Part shown: positions 53,439 through 55,634 of the stretch, piece by piece
How the letters are laid out: each line of letters opens with the position of its first letter
Position numbering within the stretch: the first letter of the stretch is position 1
Assembly (NCBI GenBank): GCA_030613615.1
Contig: JAUWLR010000002.1
Span: 1-55,634, forward strand
Length of the DNA stretch: 55,634 nt
Source: Candidatus Eiseniibacteriota bacterium
Lineage (GTDB): Bacteria; Joyebacterota; Joyebacteria; Joyebacterales; Joyebacteraceae
Reading direction: 5' to 3'
The notes under the pieces: model-generated
The model's input: the letters and a program-made list of their open reading frames with translations, nothing else
What the model was told of the DNA's origin: nothing
Database searches by the model: none
Position numbers and translations under genes: made by a program

Positions 53439-54746
53439 CTACTCCTCCAAGTAGAGCTGGACCTGCGATGCAAGCATGTTCGTGTCTATGGGCTTCGTAA
53501 TGTAGCCGCGGCAGCCTACGCGGGCCAGCTCTTCGATGTTGCCGGGCACATCTCCCGGGGTCAGCGCGACCACGGGGACGTCCTTCATCTCCTCCATCTG
53601 GATAATCCGTCTCGTCGCCTCGAGCCCGCTCATGCCCGTGAGCTGCAGGTCGACTATCACGAGATCCGGGTGCGTCGTCTTCGCCAGAGACACTCCCAGT
53701 TCCCCGTCGGCGGCCTCGACGACTTCGTAGCCGCTCGCCCGGAGGACCAACGATGCAACGCTGCGGTCGTAGTCGTCACCTTCGACGAGGAGGATCCTGC
53801 TGGTCGCGGCCCCTTCCGACTCGAAGCCGTCATCGCTCTCGGAGAACGCGACAACGCAGCGATTGCGACCTTCCGACTTCGCCCGGAACACCGCAGAATC
53901 GACCATCCGCATGAGGGTGGGAGAGTCACTGGCGTGATCCGGATACGTGGCGATTCCGCAGCTGACGGTGACGGGGGGCTCTCCTTCGCCGAGGCACATC
54001 CCGCAGTCCTCAAAGCCCCTGCGCAGCCGCTCAGCCAGCACTGCCGCCTCTTTGCCAGTGGACTCGGGAAGTATGACAACGAACTCCTCGCCTCCGTACC
54101 GCGTCACGATGTCGGAGGATCGAGTGATCGACAGCAGCACGTCCGCGAGGACCTTCAGCACACCGTCGCCGACCTGATGCCCGTGCGTCGCGTTGACACG
54201 CTTGAATTCGTCTATGTCGACCATGACGCACGAGACCTTACGGCCATACCTTCGTGCCCGTTCAATCTCCACCTCGAGGCGCTCGTCGAAGTACCGCCTG
54301 TTGTAGACCCTGGTAAGCTGGTCCCGCTTCGCCGCCGCTGACTCCTGATGCGAGTCGGACGCAACCCTCAGCATAGCGCGCACGCGGGTGAGGAGTTTCT
54401 CCTGGCCTGTCGATTCGTCAATCCAGTCCAGACTGCGGTCGCCCCGTACGAATCCGGCCATCCCGTCGCCGCCCTTCGTCAGCACGAGCGTCGGCGCGGG
54501 TACCTCGCTCTCGGAGCACAGTGCCACCATCTTCGCCTGCTCGTCAGGGTTCATACCCTCGAGGCTAACCACCATGAGGTCGGGATGCTCTTCCATCGCC
54601 ATCTCGACGAGCTTCCTCGTTTCCTTGTACCGAATCAGATGGTAACCGGAGTCGACGAGCCACCGGGCGAGGCGCTCTCCAGCACGGTCGTCGGGCGCGA
54701 CGACGAGTATCCTCTGTCGGGTTGACGAAGAGGCGCTGTCTGTCAT
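53439..54746 (-). CDS. Diguanylate cyclase with N-terminal pseudo-receiver and C-terminal canonical receiver domain
   Basis: GGDEF domain with an intact RYGGEEF and an RxxD I-site (RSSD) 5 residues upstream. The N-terminal REC-like domain has Ser at the phospho-acceptor position (DLMVVSLEG). The C-terminal REC has DLVIVDLQLTGMSG, ...ALT... and KPI. Confidence 0.8.
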   Translation of the reverse strand: MTDSASSSTRQRILVVAPDDRAGERLARWLVDSGYHLIRYKETRKLVEMAMEEHPDLMVVSLEGMNPDEQAKMVALCSESEVPAPTLVLTKGGDGMAGFVRGDRSLDWIDESTGQEKLLTRVRAMLRVASDSHQESAAAKRDQLTRVYNRRYFDERLEVEIERARRYGRKVSCVMVDIDEFKRVNATHGHQVGDGVLKVLADVLLSITRSSDIVTRYGGEEFVVILPESTGKEAAVLAERLRRGFEDCGMCLGEGEPPVTVSCGIATYPDHASDSPTLMRMVDSAVFRAKSEGRNRCVVAFSESDDGFESEGAATSRILLVEGDDYDRSVASLVLRASGYEVVEAADGELGVSLAKTTHPDLVIVDLQLTGMSGLEATRRIIQMEEMKDVPVVALTPGDVPGNIEELARVGCRGYITKPIDTNMLASQVQLYLEE

Positions 54747-54850
54747 GTCGAATCCTCACTTGAGACGCCGCGCGAGAGACACCGCGGCAACGCTCGCCCG
54801 TCTCATGACGGCCGAGTAGCCGTGCCGGCCCAAGTCTACATACCGTAACT

Positions 54851-55447
54851 TTAGCAAGGTGTGTGCCACCATGGGGCTCCGAGGGATCCGCTGGCGGCCG
54901 TGGTCGCGAGGGCCGGGATAAGACTGACCGCTGGCTCATCTGGTGGTTGCGGGTCCCGAAAAGGCGGGGCCAGCAGGCCCGCTCCGTCCTCGTCCGTGCA
55001 AAAGGCAGTCAGTAACGCTCTTCCTGCATGCCTTACCCAACTGCCCCATTCGGGGTAGACAGGCGTCACGATTGCCCTTCTGTTCTGACTTCTGTTGGCC
55101 TCGCTGTCGTTCGGCACGAGCGCCTGCTGCTTACCGTAGCCCACAACGGTAACACGCGCCGCGTCGATGCCTTTCTCCGCCAGGTTATCCCTGACCGTGA
55201 CCGCCCTGCGCTCCGAGAGGACCTGATCGTACTCGTCCAACTGTTCGTTGGACGCGTGCCCACCGACGTCACCGGTGACGGCCTCGTTCTCGTCGCGGTC
55301 GCGCCCGCTGGGTTGCATGACGCCGACAGCGACACCGAGCGCCGTGTCGTCGACCCGCGGCTGTCCGCTTGCGGCACCGCCGAAAAGGAGCGGCAGCACG
55401 ATGGCCGAGGGACACGCTCCCTTGCTCCGGCGCGGCAGTTCTGACAC
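54851..55447 (-). CDS. Atypical OmpA-like C-terminal domain protein (possibly truncated or decayed)
   Basis: Only the distal half of an OmpA-like domain is recognisable: LSERRAVTVRDNLAEKGIDAARVTVVGYGKQQALVPNDSEANRSQNRRAIV, encoded at about 55052-55333. It is followed by ~65 aa of low-information tail. The start was guessed at GTG 55447, with a signal-like SELPRRSKGACPSAIVLPLLFGGAAS. Confidence 0.35.
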   Translation of the reverse strand: MSELPRRSKGACPSAIVLPLLFGGAASGQPRVDDTALGVAVGVMQPSGRDRDENEAVTGDVGGHASNEQLDEYDQVLSERRAVTVRDNLAEKGIDAARVTVVGYGKQQALVPNDSEANRSQNRRAIVTPVYPEWGSWVRHAGRALLTAFCTDEDGAGLLAPPFRDPQPPDEPAVSLIPALATTAASGSLGAPWWHTPC

Positions 55448-55524
55448 AATCCTACCCGCGCGCTCACACTGCGGCGCCTGCGACAACCGCGAGCATTGAC
55501 GACGCCGAGCAACCGGAGGAACCC

Positions 55525-55634
55525 ATGCTGACAAAGGACATCGCACATCTGACACCCATCCCCGTGGCCGACCACTCCATGCTGCGGGAGATCCTGCACC
55601 CGGAGAGAGACCCCGTGGACATCCGCTACAGCCT
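55525..55634 (+). CDS. Cupin-domain protein (5' part only, continues beyond the window)
   Basis: Not in the track (partial). GGAGGA at 55515-55520 is followed by the ATG at 55525. MLTKDIAHLTPIPVADHSMLREILHPERDPVDIRYSL... matches the N-terminal pattern of small cupin_2 proteins from memory. Confidence 0.45.
   Translation, partial: MLTKDIAHLTPIPVADHSMLREILHPERDPVDIRYS

Noticed and set aside
1-55634. Searched by eye for tRNA, rRNA or other structured RNA genes, CRISPR arrays, IS elements, integrases, and phage or defence modules
   Set aside because: No intergenic region shows tRNA-like T-arm/acceptor signatures or rRNA-like sequence. No ORF carries transposase, recombinase, reverse transcriptase or nuclease-toxin motifs that I can recognise. 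All gaps are 25-280 bp and are explained by promoters and terminators. Small ncRNAs cannot be excluded without covariance-model searches.

Overview
This is a GC-rich (about two-thirds G+C by eye) bacterial chromosomal segment. I call 42 protein-coding genes, 35 of them on the minus strand. I found no rRNA, tRNA, CRISPR array, transposase or integrase. All calls come from manual translation and remembered family motifs; no searches were run. The long antisense ORFs in the track are mostly GC-driven artefacts.

Content, left to right:
- A partial SplB-like radical SAM gene.
- A minus-strand envelope operon: DUF4159, DUF4175-like, TPR, a secreted 425-aa protein, then small membrane proteins and a lipoprotein.
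- secDF.
- A secreted parallel beta-helix protein.
- A SAM methyltransferase, pdxJ and a YibQ-like deacetylase.
- A polytopic membrane protein divergent from a sulfatase-fold enzyme that lacks the formylglycine motif.
- A long co-directional housekeeping array: mfd, three PPIase chaperones including surA, an S4 protein, pdxA, holB, a PSP1 protein, metG, a TatD-radical SAM fusion and rsmA. It ends in an uncharacterised outer-membrane beta-barrel and two paralogous lipoproteins.
- MoxR, DUF58 and a BatA-like VWA protein.
- A small Cys-rich secreted protein divergent from a 1039-aa M28 peptidase with a FlgD-Ig/T9SS-like C-terminal domain.
- A DUF364-like protein plus a fold-III PLP decarboxylase.
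- Two lipoproteins, a pseudoREC-GGDEF-REC diguanylate cyclase, an atypical OmpA-like ORF and a partial cupin gene.

The lineage looks like an uncultivated diderm, possibly related to the FCB superphylum (low confidence).

The most interesting signals are:
1. A recurrent C-terminal tail, [ST]W[GA]xIKAxYR, on otherwise unrelated exported proteins.
2. The beta-barrel plus paralogous-lipoprotein module.
3. The TatD-radical SAM fusion, embedded in a deeply conserved metG-tatD-rsmA neighbourhood.
4. The DUF364-like/BtrK-like decarboxylase pair.
5. A split MoxR/Bat-like envelope system.

Several near-consensus sigma70-type promoters and hairpin terminators stand out against the GC-rich background.
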